Below, piece after piece: positions 39,494-49,221 of a stretch of 64,000 bases of DNA. The notes under the pieces are model-generated. The model did no database searches. It saw only the letters and a program-made list of their open reading frames with translations, and had not been told where the DNA came from. The stretch is from Acidobacteriota bacterium. Its GTDB lineage: Bacteria; Acidobacteriota; UBA6911; RPQK01; JAJDTT01. Numbering within the stretch: position 1 is the stretch's first letter; each line of letters opens with the position of its first letter. The stretch covers positions 962,071 through 1,026,070 of the forward strand of contig CBDCLS010000006.1 of assembly GCA_965218775.1 (NCBI GenBank). Direction: 5' to 3'. The position numbers were made by a program, and so were the translations under genes.

Positions 39494-39677
39494 CACGCCT
39501 TGACCTCGACCACCATGACGCGTCCTTAACCCACAATCTCCAGGTTGACAGAGTACTAGTTGTCGCAGGCCGCTAGATCGTAATCGGTCCCAGCCAGACA
39601 CCGGGAGATCCCGAGGCCGATGCCCCTGAGTCCTCCCGTTACCAGGGCCACTTTTCGGGTCCCCAACTTTGTATCCA

Positions 39678-40838
39678 TCAAGCCTCCAGCTCCGGGATGT
39701 CGACCCAGGCCCGCTGCTTCCAGGACTCGAGTCCCTTCTCTGCCAATTGCACTCCTCTGGCGCCTTCCAGCAGGTTCCAGGGAAAGGGCTCTTCAGTAAC
39801 AACATGTCGTAAAAACAGCTCCCATTCTGCCTTGAAGGCATTACCATAAACCTGGTCTTCGAAAACGGGTGACCAGGAGTCCTGGTGTTCTATGGGGCTC
39901 TCAAGATCGGGATTCCAGGTCACGTAAGGTGCATCACCGTGGGATTGGACCAGGCAATCACGAAGACCACAGACGGCCGACCCACGCGTCCCGTCGACCT
40001 GGATGCTCAGCAGATCGTCGCGTTTGACCCGCACCGTCCAGGACGAGTTGAAGTTGGCGACGATGTCTCCTTCCAGTTGAAAGCTGGAGTAGGCCGAGTC
40101 TTCGGCAGTGCAGACGTACTCTCGTCCCTGCTCATCCCAGCGCTGCTTGATGTGGGTGGTGCCCAAGCAGGAGACCGCTTTGACCTTGCCGAAAAGATTC
40201 TCCAAGACGTATCGCCAATGGGGGAACATGTCGAGGATGATGCCGCCCCCGTCTTCCTTGCGATAGTTCCAGGACGGCCGCTGCAAGGACCTGTCCGCTC
40301 CTTCGAACACCCAGTAGCCAAACTCCCCCCGAACCGAGAGGATGCGACCGAAGAAGCCGTTTTCCCTCAGCTGTTTGAGTTTGATGATGCCGGGCACCCA
40401 CAGCTTATCCTGGACCACGCCATGCTTGACACCGGCCGCCGTGGCAAGCCGATAGAGTTGATAGGCATCCTGGGTCGTCATGGCCGTCGGTTTTTCGCAA
40501 TAGATGTGCTTGCCAGCTTCGATGGCCTTTGTCACTGCCGGCACACGCTGCTGGGTCGACTGAGAGTCGAAGTAGATGAGGTTTGCCGAGTCCTCCAGAG
40601 TCTGATCCAGATCCGTGGTCCACTTTTCGACTCCGGTACGTAGGGCGAGCTGCTCGAGCTTGACTGGGTTGCGACCTACCAGGGTTGGAACGGGAAGGAC
40701 ACGTCTGTTCTCGTCGATTCGGAGGCCGCCCTGCTCGAGAACGGCGAGCACCGAACGGATCAAGTGTTGGTTGGTTCCCATGCGGCCGGTTACACCGTTC
40801 ATGATGATTCCGACTGTCTGCGTCCTCAGAGCTGACAT
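39678..40838 (-). CDS. Gfo/Idh/MocA-family oxidoreductase (cytoplasmic)
   Basis: Rossmann N-terminus (GIIMNGVTGRMG) and a conserved EKP motif (YCEKP). Confidence 0.8.
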   Translation of the reverse strand: MSALRTQTVGIIMNGVTGRMGTNQHLIRSVLAVLEQGGLRIDENRRVLPVPTLVGRNPVKLEQLALRTGVEKWTTDLDQTLEDSANLIYFDSQSTQQRVPAVTKAIEAGKHIYCEKPTAMTTQDAYQLYRLATAAGVKHGVVQDKLWVPGIIKLKQLRENGFFGRILSVRGEFGYWVFEGADRSLQRPSWNYRKEDGGGIILDMFPHWRYVLENLFGKVKAVSCLGTTHIKQRWDEQGREYVCTAEDSAYSSFQLEGDIVANFNSSWTVRVKRDDLLSIQVDGTRGSAVCGLRDCLVQSHGDAPYVTWNPDLESPIEHQDSWSPVFEDQVYGNAFKAEWELFLRHVVTEEPFPWNLLEGARGVQLAEKGLESWKQRAWVDIPELEA

Positions 40839-41099
40839 CTTCTTCTTTCCTCTCAGAACTCACTTCGCAGCTGAAGTTTCTACTTCTCAGCGGATAGCTT
40901 CCAGAAGTCCTCGATCTTGGATGACAGTCCGGAGGCTTCGAGTTCGAGGTTGATCGAGATCATGGCACTGGGAAGTCTTTACTCTGATTCTTGCCCTACC
41001 GCAACCTTGATCGGTCACGATAGGGGGAATAGAATTGCTTCCACAGACCTGGGCCACAGGCTGATCGCAGTCTTGCAACCCGTGACCAGGAGGAAGCCC

Positions 41100-42383
41100 A
41101 TGCCCCAGAAAAGACCTTGGGACCGAAGAGAATTCTTGACGAGTGGCCCTGCCCTCGCTGCCAGCGTGTCTATGACCTCCACTGTGGCTCAGCGCAGGGG
41201 AGATCCGGCTCTGGCCAATCCTCACACCCGGCCCGTTCGCAATCGGCGAGACATCATCATCTACCGCGACCCTTTCGCCTACTGCTCACATGCCAGCATC
41301 GTCCGACTGGCCAACGGCGAGTGGGTGGCTGCCTTCAACGAAACTCAGAGGATCGAACCTTTCAGCATCGTCAGAACGGATTACCACCACCCGCCTGACG
41401 ACCCTCATTATCACAACCTGATCACCCGCTCGGACGACGAGGGTCGGACCTGGAGCCCTCCCCAGGCTGCCCCCAATTGGGACTGGTACGGAGTCGAGTG
41501 TCCGGGTCTGGCCCAGCTGAAGGACGGGACCGTAGTTCTCAATCAGTGGCAGTTCCTCTGGTATCCCCTGGAGGAGGGCCGAAGGCGCTTCTCCCGGGGA
41601 GAAGATATCTGGGTGAGGGTCGGCGGGCCCCCATGGAAGCGGGCCCAGCCGGACACGGACTGGAGCGGCAGCGATATGCCCTGGTGCCGGGCCCAGGGTG
41701 GTTGCTATGTGCATTTAAGTCCCGATGGCGGCCGCACCTGGGGGCGGACCGTCAAGATCTCCACCGCACCCTACATGGGAGGCTACACCCCCCGGGGAGT
41801 TGTCCAGCTAGAGGACGGGAGCGTGCTCATGGTAACGGCTGACAATACGCTGAATAAGACTGCTTATCTGGTGCGCTCCCAGGATGGCGGCCTGAGCTGG
41901 AGCCAACCCCTGGCTTTGGCAAGCGTGAAGGAAGGGAGTCTCTCGGAGCCCACGGCCGTGGTCCTGCCAGGGAACAGGGTAGTCGCCATGATGCGCAGCA
42001 GGACCGGCTACCTTCACCAGAGCGAGTCCCCGGATGGGGGACTGACGTGGACACCGGTGCGCCGTACACCGATTAGGGGATCCCCGGGGCATCTACTGCT
42101 TCTGTCCGATGGCCGGTTACTGGTGACCTACGGGCACCGTGGAGCTCCCTGCGGCATCCGGGCCTGCCTGAGTCAGGACGGCGGGCGGACCTGGGACTAC
42201 GAGAGCGAGCTGCTGATCCGGGACGATATGCCCAACAAAAACCTGGGTTACCCGGTATCGATCGAATACGAGCCCGGGCGTCTGTTCACCATCTACTATG
42301 GGGAACAGGAAGGGGATGGTGCCAGAGCAGTAGCGGGCTACGGGGTCAGCAGTATCCGGGGATCCTACTGGGAGCTGTCTTGA
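41100..42383 (+). CDS. BNR/Asp-box repeat sialidase-like protein with Tat signal
   Basis: RREFLT twin-arginine motif after an AGGAGG RBS. Five Asp boxes (SDDEGRTW, SPDGGRTW, SQDGGLSW, SPDGGLTW, SQDGGRTW). Paralog of 9743-11362. Confidence 0.75.
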   Translation: MPQKRPWDRREFLTSGPALAASVSMTSTVAQRRGDPALANPHTRPVRNRRDIIIYRDPFAYCSHASIVRLANGEWVAAFNETQRIEPFSIVRTDYHHPPDDPHYHNLITRSDDEGRTWSPPQAAPNWDWYGVECPGLAQLKDGTVVLNQWQFLWYPLEEGRRRFSRGEDIWVRVGGPPWKRAQPDTDWSGSDMPWCRAQGGCYVHLSPDGGRTWGRTVKISTAPYMGGYTPRGVVQLEDGSVLMVTADNTLNKTAYLVRSQDGGLSWSQPLALASVKEGSLSEPTAVVLPGNRVVAMMRSRTGYLHQSESPDGGLTWTPVRRTPIRGSPGHLLLLSDGRLLVTYGHRGAPCGIRACLSQDGGRTWDYESELLIRDDMPNKNLGYPVSIEYEPGRLFTIYYGEQEGDGARAVAGYGVSSIRGSYWELS

Positions 42384-42477
42384 GCGGACGTCCAGATGCC
42401 TACTTGGGTTGGGAGCTAGACGGACGGACGTGGTGCGCCAGAAACTCGCGAATTGCAGTATGACGAAGCCGGGTCCG

Positions 42478-42552
42478 GCAGTGCCGCGAACGACTTGGCT
42501 CGTTAGCAAGATGAGGCCCAGTTCCGAGGAGAGAGTCGGACAACAGCACAAC
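42478..42552 (-). repeat. Dispersed roughly 76-nt intergenic repeat, family B, copy 2
   Basis: Its reverse complement aligns with 34645-34720 and 44543-44620. Confidence 0.75.
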
Positions 42553-42639
42553 GTGTCCCCCTGTACGCATCCCCTTCAGGGATGAAATCCAAAGGCGGTG
42601 GGCTCCCCCAGGGTTGGGAAACCCGTACCTGTTTAGCCC

Positions 42640-42780
42640 CTTGCCTTTGCCCTTGCCCGTGCCCTTGCCCTCTAATCTCTTGGGTCTTACCGGCGAGGGA
42701 CCTTGCTCACCGCGTTGGCCAGAGCCTGAAAAACCTGGAGTTGGGATTCAGGGCAGGGGCAAAGGCAAGGGTGAAGCGCT
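42640..42780. repeat. Hexamer-like tandem repeat (ccttgcctttgcccttgcccgtgcccttgccc) and its inverted partner (gggcaggggcaaaggcaagggtg) about 80 nt away, forming a long hairpin
   Basis: Read directly from the sequence. Confidence 0.7.
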
Positions 42781-42882
42781 AAACAGGTACTTCGAAGTTT
42801 CTTTGACGAATGACCCGGCTCGCAGCCGGCGGCTGGACCAAGGTGAAGGAGCGCTTGTTGGTTGGGACTGCCGTGCAGGCTC

Positions 42883-44430
42883 CTAGCTTGCCTCCCAGAA
42901 GTTGCGATCGAGTGAGCGGTACTGAATCGCTTCGGCCACATCCTCGGACCGAAGATCGTCGGAGTCTGCCAGGTCCGCGATCGTGCGGGCGACTTTGAGA
43001 ATGCGATCGTAGGCTCGGGCAGAGAAGGCCAATCTCCGGATTGCATTCCCGAGCAGCTGTTTGGTGGCCCCGTTCAAGCCACAGTATTGCTGGATCTGGG
43101 AGGATCCCATTTGGGCGTTGCAGAAGATGTTCTCGCCCTTGAAACGCCCAAGCTGCCGGGCTCGAGCTGCCCCCACCCGTTCGGCGATCTGTTGAGAAGG
43201 CTCGCCATCAGGATCACGCGTCAGTTCGTCATACTTGACCTCGGGAACGTCGACGTGGAGGTCGATTCTGTCCAGCAGTGGGCCCGAGATCTTGGCGAGA
43301 TAGCGCTGGATCTGGGGAGGCGTACACACGCACTCCTTGACCAGACTGTTCCAGTATCCGCAGGGGCAAGGATTCATCGCAGCGGCGAGGGTGAAGCGGG
43401 CTGGGAAAGTCAGGGTTCGAGCTGCCCGGCTGATCGTCACCTCGGCCTCCTCCGACGGTTGGCGAAGCATTTCTAGAACCCGCCGCTCAAATTCTGGTAG
43501 TTCGTCGAGAAAGAGCACCCCGTTGTGTGCCAGGGAGACTTCTCCGGGCCGGGGTTGAGATCCTCCGCCGACGAGTCCGGCGCCGCTGATGGTGTGATGC
43601 GGTGCCCGGAAGGGGCGACGGCTCAAGAACGAGCAATCCGATTTCAAGAGGCCGCAGACACTGTGGATCGCGGTTGTTTCAAGTGCCTCGGCGAAGCTCA
43701 TGAGCGGCAGGATCGATGGAATGCGTTTCACCAACATGGTTTTTCCAGCGCCCGGAGGACCGATCATAAGGATGTTGTGACCTCCGGCGCAGGCCACCTC
43801 AAGGGCCCGCTTTGCCGCCCCTTGCCCCTTGACCTCCGCGAAGTCTGGAAGGGACGACTCCTGTTGTCTCGCCAACTCTCGCAGATCGACTCTCAGGGGT
43901 GGGTACTGGGACAGATCGCCGTTGAGCAGACGCAAGACTTGAGGCAGGCTGAAGGCCGCATAGACATCCACGCCATTTACCACCGAGGCCTCCCGCGCGC
44001 TGTCGTTGGGAAGGAGAAGTTGGTGGAACTTGTGTCGCTTTGCACTGAGAGCGACCGGCAATGCGCCCCGAATGGGTCGAACACGCCCATCCAGAGAAAG
44101 CTCTCCCATGATGATCCACCGCTGGACCTGCTCCGGCTGCAGTTCACCGCTGAGGCCCAGGATAGCGAGAGCGATCGGGAGATCGTAGCAGCTGCCTTCC
44201 TTCTTGAAGTCAGCCGGTGCCAGGTTGATCGTGATGTTGCCCTGACCGGGAAAGGAGTAGCCGCAGTTTCGAATCGCCGCACGCACCCGTTCGCCGCTCT
44301 CCTTGATGGCCGTATCAGGGAGTCCCACCACGTGGTAGCTGGGCTTGCTGGCAACAGACAGATCGACTTCGATATCGATCAGTTCGGCTTGGATCCCCAG
44401 TACAGAGGCGCTGTGAACCTTGAGCAGCAT
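42883..44430 (-). CDS. comM: YifB/ComM-family Mg-chelatase-like AAA+ ATPase
   Basis: Lon-protease-like N-domain, a sigma-54-type AAA+ core (GPPGAGKTML, arginine finger) and a C-terminal ChlI/MCM-like region. The probable start is MLLKVHS. Confidence 0.8.
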   Translation of the reverse strand: MLLKVHSASVLGIQAELIDIEVDLSVASKPSYHVVGLPDTAIKESGERVRAAIRNCGYSFPGQGNITINLAPADFKKEGSCYDLPIALAILGLSGELQPEQVQRWIIMGELSLDGRVRPIRGALPVALSAKRHKFHQLLLPNDSAREASVVNGVDVYAAFSLPQVLRLLNGDLSQYPPLRVDLRELARQQESSLPDFAEVKGQGAAKRALEVACAGGHNILMIGPPGAGKTMLVKRIPSILPLMSFAEALETTAIHSVCGLLKSDCSFLSRRPFRAPHHTISGAGLVGGGSQPRPGEVSLAHNGVLFLDELPEFERRVLEMLRQPSEEAEVTISRAARTLTFPARFTLAAAMNPCPCGYWNSLVKECVCTPPQIQRYLAKISGPLLDRIDLHVDVPEVKYDELTRDPDGEPSQQIAERVGAARARQLGRFKGENIFCNAQMGSSQIQQYCGLNGATKQLLGNAIRRLAFSARAYDRILKVARTIADLADSDDLRSEDVAEAIQYRSLDRNFWEAS

Positions 44431-44542
44431 TTTTTCGGCGCAGCCTGCAGACGCGGCGTGCACCCTTTTCTAACGTGGTGATTCTGGAAGATGTGATGGA
44501 AAATCGGTTCAGAGGGAAATCTGTTCGGGGAGCGGGGAGATT

Positions 44543-44620
44543 CCACTGTTGTCCGGCTCTCTCCTCGGCACTGGGACCCATCGTGCTGACTAGTCAAGTC
44601 GTTCGCGGCTCTGTCGGACT
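44543..44620 (+). repeat. Dispersed roughly 76-nt intergenic repeat, family B, copy 3
   Basis: ccactgttgtccggctctctcctcggcactggg...caagtcgttcgcggctctgtcggac. Confidence 0.75.
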
Positions 44621-44640
44621 GCGGTTGTTTCGGGGACTGT

Positions 44641-44675
44641 TCACTGCTCACTGCTCACTGCTCACTGTTCACTCA
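44641..44675. repeat. Heptamer tandem repeat (tcactgc)x3 followed by tcactgt and tcactca
   Basis: Five consecutive 7-nt units directly following the family B repeat copy, upstream of hemE. Confidence 0.8.
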
Positions 44676-44753
44676 GTTTCAGCGAAGAGGGCATCCACGC
44701 TAAGATGTTGCAGTTGTGAGCTTGGCCGGCGCTGGAAACTAGGAGACGGATAC

Positions 44754-45812
44754 ATGGAGACTACAGCCCAGGACGAGAGTCGGTTTCTGAAGGCGTGTCG
44801 AATGGAGCCGGTAGATTGCACTCCGATCTGGTTCATGCGTCAGGCCGGACGCTATCTGCCTGAGTACAGAGAGCTACGGAAGTCGCACACGCTTCTGGAT
44901 CTGTGCCGCAATCCTGAGCTGGCTGCTGAGGTCACACTTCAACCGATCCGACGCTTCGACCTAGACGCCGCCATTATTTTCGCCGATATCTTGCTCCCCT
45001 TGGAGGGAATGGGTGTGGCCTTTGAGTTTGCCAAGGGGGAGGGCCCGGTCATCCATCGGCCCCTGCGTACCCCGGACGACGTGAAGTCCTTGCGCCTCAT
45101 GGAACCGGTCGAGGAACTCGCTTTTGTCTTGGACGCGATCCGCCTGGTACGACGAGAGCTGCCCCCCTCGATCGCCTTGATTGGATTTGCAGGAGCCCCG
45201 TTTACGCTGGCAAGCTACATGATTGAAGGTGGGCGCTCGCGAGCCTTTCAAGAGGCCAAGCTCTTCATGTACTCAGAGCCTGATGCCTGGCATGCACTGA
45301 TGGTCAAGCTAGCCATGGTAACGGTGGCGTACCTTTCCGCCCAGATCGAGGCTGGCGCCCAGGCGGTCCAGCTCTTCGACAGCTGGGTGGGGTGCCTTGG
45401 CCCTGAAGACTACGAGCAATACGTGCTTCCGTACTCCCAGAGTATCTTTGAGCGCCTCGAACGCTATGAAGTGCCGTTGATTCATTTTGGGACCGCCACT
45501 GCCACCCTGCTGGATCTCATGAAGAAGGCCGGTGGGTCCGTGATAGGACTCGATTGGCGGGTTCGGCTTGGCGGAGCTTGGCAGAACCTGGGTCGAGATG
45601 TGGCCATACAGGGCAATCTGGATCCGATAGCCATGCTGGGACAGCAGAACCTGCTGAGAGGGAAGGTTCTAGATGTACTGAGGGAGGCGGCCTCGCAGCC
45701 CGGCCATATCTTCAATCTGGGCCACGGGATCCTTCCTCAGACCCCAGTCGAGAACGTCTCGGCGGTAGTCACCTGGGTGCACCAGGAGACCCGTAGTACG
45801 GACGGCGCATAA
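44754..45812 (+). CDS. hemE: Uroporphyrinogen decarboxylase
   Basis: N-terminal PIWFMRQAGRYLPEY signature. About 352 aa from the METTAQ start at 44754. Confidence 0.9.
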   Translation: METTAQDESRFLKACRMEPVDCTPIWFMRQAGRYLPEYRELRKSHTLLDLCRNPELAAEVTLQPIRRFDLDAAIIFADILLPLEGMGVAFEFAKGEGPVIHRPLRTPDDVKSLRLMEPVEELAFVLDAIRLVRRELPPSIALIGFAGAPFTLASYMIEGGRSRAFQEAKLFMYSEPDAWHALMVKLAMVTVAYLSAQIEAGAQAVQLFDSWVGCLGPEDYEQYVLPYSQSIFERLERYEVPLIHFGTATATLLDLMKKAGGSVIGLDWRVRLGGAWQNLGRDVAIQGNLDPIAMLGQQNLLRGKVLDVLREAASQPGHIFNLGHGILPQTPVENVSAVVTWVHQETRSTDGA

Positions 45813-45893
45813 ACACCTGATTTAGCGGCTATCCGCCGAGCGTTTAAACCTTTTGTTAAACTTTTCCATCAAATATAGGAGTGGACAACAGCC

Positions 45894-46487
45894 GTGGCCA
45901 AACAGTCCTGCAGCTTTTTGCTTACTTTCCTGGTTCTCATGGTGGTGGTCTTTCTGGGTGGCAAAACGTCTTACGCCAGGGTTCCAGAGAAGCAGTGTTC
46001 CTTGATCGCTAGAGAACTGAAACTGCCCGCCAAGTTGAAGACTCGTGGCAAGCCCCATCGGGCCCGCTGGGAAAAGGTGGATGAGGTGATCAGTGATTTA
46101 CGGAAGAAGATCGAGAGAACCTCATGCTCGTTGACCCTTCATCAGCTTTTTCGGCCCACCAAGAAGGAGCTGATGTTCCCGTTGACCAACAATCTACTGC
46201 GCACGACACCGGACTCGTCCCTCGAGGGTGTGGAGGTGTTCAACCAACAGGGACAGCGTCTTGGCCAATATGCCAACAGGGTGATGTACCAGCGTAGCGG
46301 TGGGCTTTATAAAAAGAGGAAGTACACGCTGTACTATTTCCAATACAAAAACTCACAAGGCAAGTTGGAGTCGACTGGGAATCAGCTCCTCCTCGACTTC
46401 TACCTGGTGAGATGGGATGACATCAAGGAGAGGGTTGTCATCGCGGCTGAATCGGAAACTAATCCGACCAAAGATTCGGTAAATTAG
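45894..46487 (+). CDS. Secreted hypothetical protein (197 aa), Lys/Arg-rich, lower GC
   Basis: Signal-anchor N-terminus. GC is about 50%. No recognisable domain. Confidence 0.45.
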   Translation: MAKQSCSFLLTFLVLMVVVFLGGKTSYARVPEKQCSLIARELKLPAKLKTRGKPHRARWEKVDEVISDLRKKIERTSCSLTLHQLFRPTKKELMFPLTNNLLRTTPDSSLEGVEVFNQQGQRLGQYANRVMYQRSGGLYKKRKYTLYYFQYKNSQGKLESTGNQLLLDFYLVRWDDIKERVVIAAESETNPTKDSVN

Positions 46488-46497
46488 GAGGTCCGTC

Positions 46498-47472
46498 GTG
46501 CGAAGAAGCAGAATGAGACGATCGATCCTGCCATTTCTTCGTGGTCTCATTGCCCTATCTGCGGGTATGTTGGTTCTACTTCTTACGAGCGTCGCGGCCG
46601 AGTCTGACAGTCACCAGATTGCCTACGACGCAGGCTATGCGGACGGTGTTGAGTCAGGACAACAGGATCGTTCCGTCGGCCTCTATTTCGATTTCGCCAA
46701 CAAGAAACGGTATCAGCAGGCAGATCATGGTCTCGATCCGTTGAAGCACGATCCTCAGGTTTGCCGACTTTCGTATCGTCACGGCTTCGAGGACGGATAT
46801 GAGAAGGGCTATGATCTGAACTCCGGCGATGAGGTGGAGGCGGTAGCGTCTTCACCCCTGCCAGACAAGTCTCAGCGAACTCTAGCGAGCGCACGATCAG
46901 GTCCGTCAGGAGAGGATCTTCGAGTTCCCGAAGGCACCGAGTTCCGAATCAAGGTGCTCGGGACTCTGAGCACCCGCAGTAGCAAGGTGGGGGATCGTTT
47001 CGATGCTGAGGTAGTCGAAGACGTTCTCGCTGGACAGAATACCGTGATTCCCGAGGGTACTGAAGTGCGGGGCTCTGTGACCCACGTGAAGCGGGCCGGT
47101 CGGATCGCTGGTCGAGCTCAAATGACCATTGCTTTGAAGGAGCTCTTGTTCGACGACGGCTCTACCCTGCCAATTGACGCCCGTCTGGTGTCGATCGAAG
47201 AACACAACGGCGGAAAGGTCAAGGACGACGGAAGCACGGTAGAGGCCGGAGGATCCAAGAAAGAAGACCTGAAGAACGTCGGCACCGCTGCCGCAATCGG
47301 GACAATAATCGGGATCCTGGGAGGCGGGAGAAGGGGTGCCAAGGTCGGAGCTGGTACCGGGGCAGCCGGAGGTGTCGCTGGAGTCCTCATTACTCGCGGC
47401 CGCGACGTCCTCATCCTCTCCGAGACCGAGATGGTAGTCCGACTCAAACGTCCGCTGGTGATCAGTGAATAG
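46498..47472 (+). CDS. Hypothetical exported protein with a C-terminal glycine-zipper-like segment (324 aa)
   Basis: N-terminal signal or transmembrane segment. C-terminal GTAAAIGTIIGILGGG...GAGTGAAGGVAGVL. Confidence 0.45.
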   Translation: MRRSRMRRSILPFLRGLIALSAGMLVLLLTSVAAESDSHQIAYDAGYADGVESGQQDRSVGLYFDFANKKRYQQADHGLDPLKHDPQVCRLSYRHGFEDGYEKGYDLNSGDEVEAVASSPLPDKSQRTLASARSGPSGEDLRVPEGTEFRIKVLGTLSTRSSKVGDRFDAEVVEDVLAGQNTVIPEGTEVRGSVTHVKRAGRIAGRAQMTIALKELLFDDGSTLPIDARLVSIEEHNGGKVKDDGSTVEAGGSKKEDLKNVGTAAAIGTIIGILGGGRRGAKVGAGTGAAGGVAGVLITRGRDVLILSETEMVVRLKRPLVISE

Positions 47473-47806
47473 TGATGGTGTTGTGCGCGGCCGCGTTTTG
47501 CGCTTACATCGATAGATACCTTCCTAGCTTTCTGCTCTTACATTAATAGATGACTTTCCCTGGTCAACGTTCAGACGTCCAGACGTTTTCGACGCTCCGG
47601 TATTCCGACACAGCTCAGTCATTGAAGGATAGCAGCATGTCAATATTCTGATTTTCTTGTGTCACCCTCATCCCAGAGACAACTGGAATGAAAACGTTTA
47701 TTCTGACCAAATTCAAACTTATCTAGGTTCGAATCGCAGGTTGTGGCGCGAAGTAGCTTCATGGGCACTCTTAGAAACCTTACCTTACCTTAGTTTAGAG
47801 TCTGAT

Positions 47807-47834
47807 TTGATTTAGGCTTAAGAAAGCGTATAAT
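47807..47834 (+). promoter_or_regulatory. Near-consensus sigma-70 promoter: TTGATT -16 nt- TATAAT, inside a roughly 440-bp AT-rich (about 40% GC) non-coding island
   Basis: ttgatt taggcttaagaaagcg tataat read directly from the sequence. It lies upstream of ORF 47923-48342. Confidence 0.5.
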
Positions 47835-47922
47835 ACCCCTTTCTGGGTCAATCATTTAAAAAATCTGTTGGGACTGGAAGGAGAATTTCTTCTTCCGGTG
47901 GCGACGCATTGGAGGGGAGAAA

Positions 47923-48342
47923 TTGAGCAAAATGAAGAAGAGAAGGCGGAGAAGCCGGAGCGAGATCCAAAGGGTCCGCGACCATTTTATGGGAGCTGTT
48001 CTCGAGGAAGGGAAGATTTCGCTCACGGAATTGGTCTCGAAATACGGTTCTGAGATCAATGTGCAGAACACCGCAAGTGACAAGAATCTGGTCAAGCGTC
48101 AGCTGGATCAACTGGCTCGTGAGGGTGCGCTCGAATTGCGCCGCGACGGACGTGATCTGGTGGCTCGGGCGTCGGAAAACGGTCGGCCCACGGGGAAGGC
48201 CGCGCCTGTTGCGGAGACCCGTCATACATCAGATGATCTGGATGTTATCCGGGCCTTTGCTCGCCAGTTGGAAGAGTTTTCGAGGACGCTTCAGGATCAG
48301 ATCAGCACCCTGGTCCGCATGGTTGAAAAAGCAGCCCGCTAG
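47923..48342 (+). CDS. Hypothetical basic protein with a possible winged-helix domain (139 aa)
   Basis: The N-terminus is KKRRRRSRSE-rich. The segment ISLTELVSKYG...LVKRQLDQLAREGALEL looks like a winged-helix HTH. Confidence 0.4.
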   Translation: MSKMKKRRRRSRSEIQRVRDHFMGAVLEEGKISLTELVSKYGSEINVQNTASDKNLVKRQLDQLAREGALELRRDGRDLVARASENGRPTGKAAPVAETRHTSDDLDVIRAFARQLEEFSRTLQDQISTLVRMVEKAAR

Positions 48343-48483
48343 CCTCCTGACTCGCATCAGCCAGAGTGACAGAGACCCTTTTGCCCACAGGGAAGAGCAC
48401 TTGTGGACCTCCCTCTGCTCTCCGAAAAGCAGAGGGATCTGGAAGCTTCAACCCCTGTAAACGTTCGACCCTGTCTGGGCCCC

Positions 48484-49221
48484 ATGACCGATCCGGGTAA
48501 CGATCCGACGCCTGAGAGCGTACTGATCGAGATCTACTCCGCGCTTGAGAACGCCTATGGCTGCTCTCAAGGCTGGCCGGACGGGAACTGGCCGGCCAGC
48601 GGAAGGTTTGAGCCCCGCCAGTTCGAGGTGGCGGTGGGGGCCGTTCTCACTCAGAATACTAGCTGGACGAACGTAGAGAAGGCGTTGGACGGTCTGGTCG
48701 CCGCTTCTCTGACCAATGCTGAAGCGATCGTCTCTGGTTCCCCGGGAGACCTGGAGGGTGCTATCCGGTCTTCGGGTTTCTACCGCCAGAAGAGCATTCG
48801 ACTCAAGCGGCTAGCTCGCCAGATCACCGACTTCCCCGGAGATTTCTATGCTGAGGTGAGCCGGGAACAGCTACTTTCGCTTTCCGGGATCGGACCGGAA
48901 ACCGCGGATTCGATTCTGCTCTATGCCTGCGGCCGGCCCCACTTCGTGGTCGACGCCTACACCCGGCGAATCTGCAACCGCTATGGTTTTCTTGCCGAGG
49001 GTCTAAGCTACGAAGGGATGCAGACCTTCTTCGAGCAACATCTTCCAAAGAGCGTGGCAGGGTACCGAAGATTCCATGCCTTTCTGGTTGAGCACGCCAA
49101 GGAAGTTTGTCGGAAGCGACCCAGGTGTTCTTCCTGTGTCCTGAAGTCGAACTGTGAGCGAGCGCATTCAGAGCTAGCACTGAGCTTCGACAACGTAGGT
49201 GCTGAGAAACGACTCGAGTGA
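48484..49221 (+). CDS. HhH-GPD superfamily DNA glycosylase (endonuclease III-like)
   Basis: Helix-hairpin-helix motif (LLSLSGIGPETADSILLYA), catalytic Asp (VVDAY) and a C-terminal Cys cluster (CRKRPRCSSCVLKSNC). Confidence 0.7.
   Translation: MTDPGNDPTPESVLIEIYSALENAYGCSQGWPDGNWPASGRFEPRQFEVAVGAVLTQNTSWTNVEKALDGLVAASLTNAEAIVSGSPGDLEGAIRSSGFYRQKSIRLKRLARQITDFPGDFYAEVSREQLLSLSGIGPETADSILLYACGRPHFVVDAYTRRICNRYGFLAEGLSYEGMQTFFEQHLPKSVAGYRRFHAFLVEHAKEVCRKRPRCSSCVLKSNCERAHSELALSFDNVGAEKRLE

Noticed and set aside
42640-44675. Possible CRISPR array, given the hexamer and heptamer repeats.
   Set aside because: The units are 6-7 nt with no spacers and only one locus each. There is no cas gene, and the pattern is not the repeat-spacer periodicity of CRISPR.
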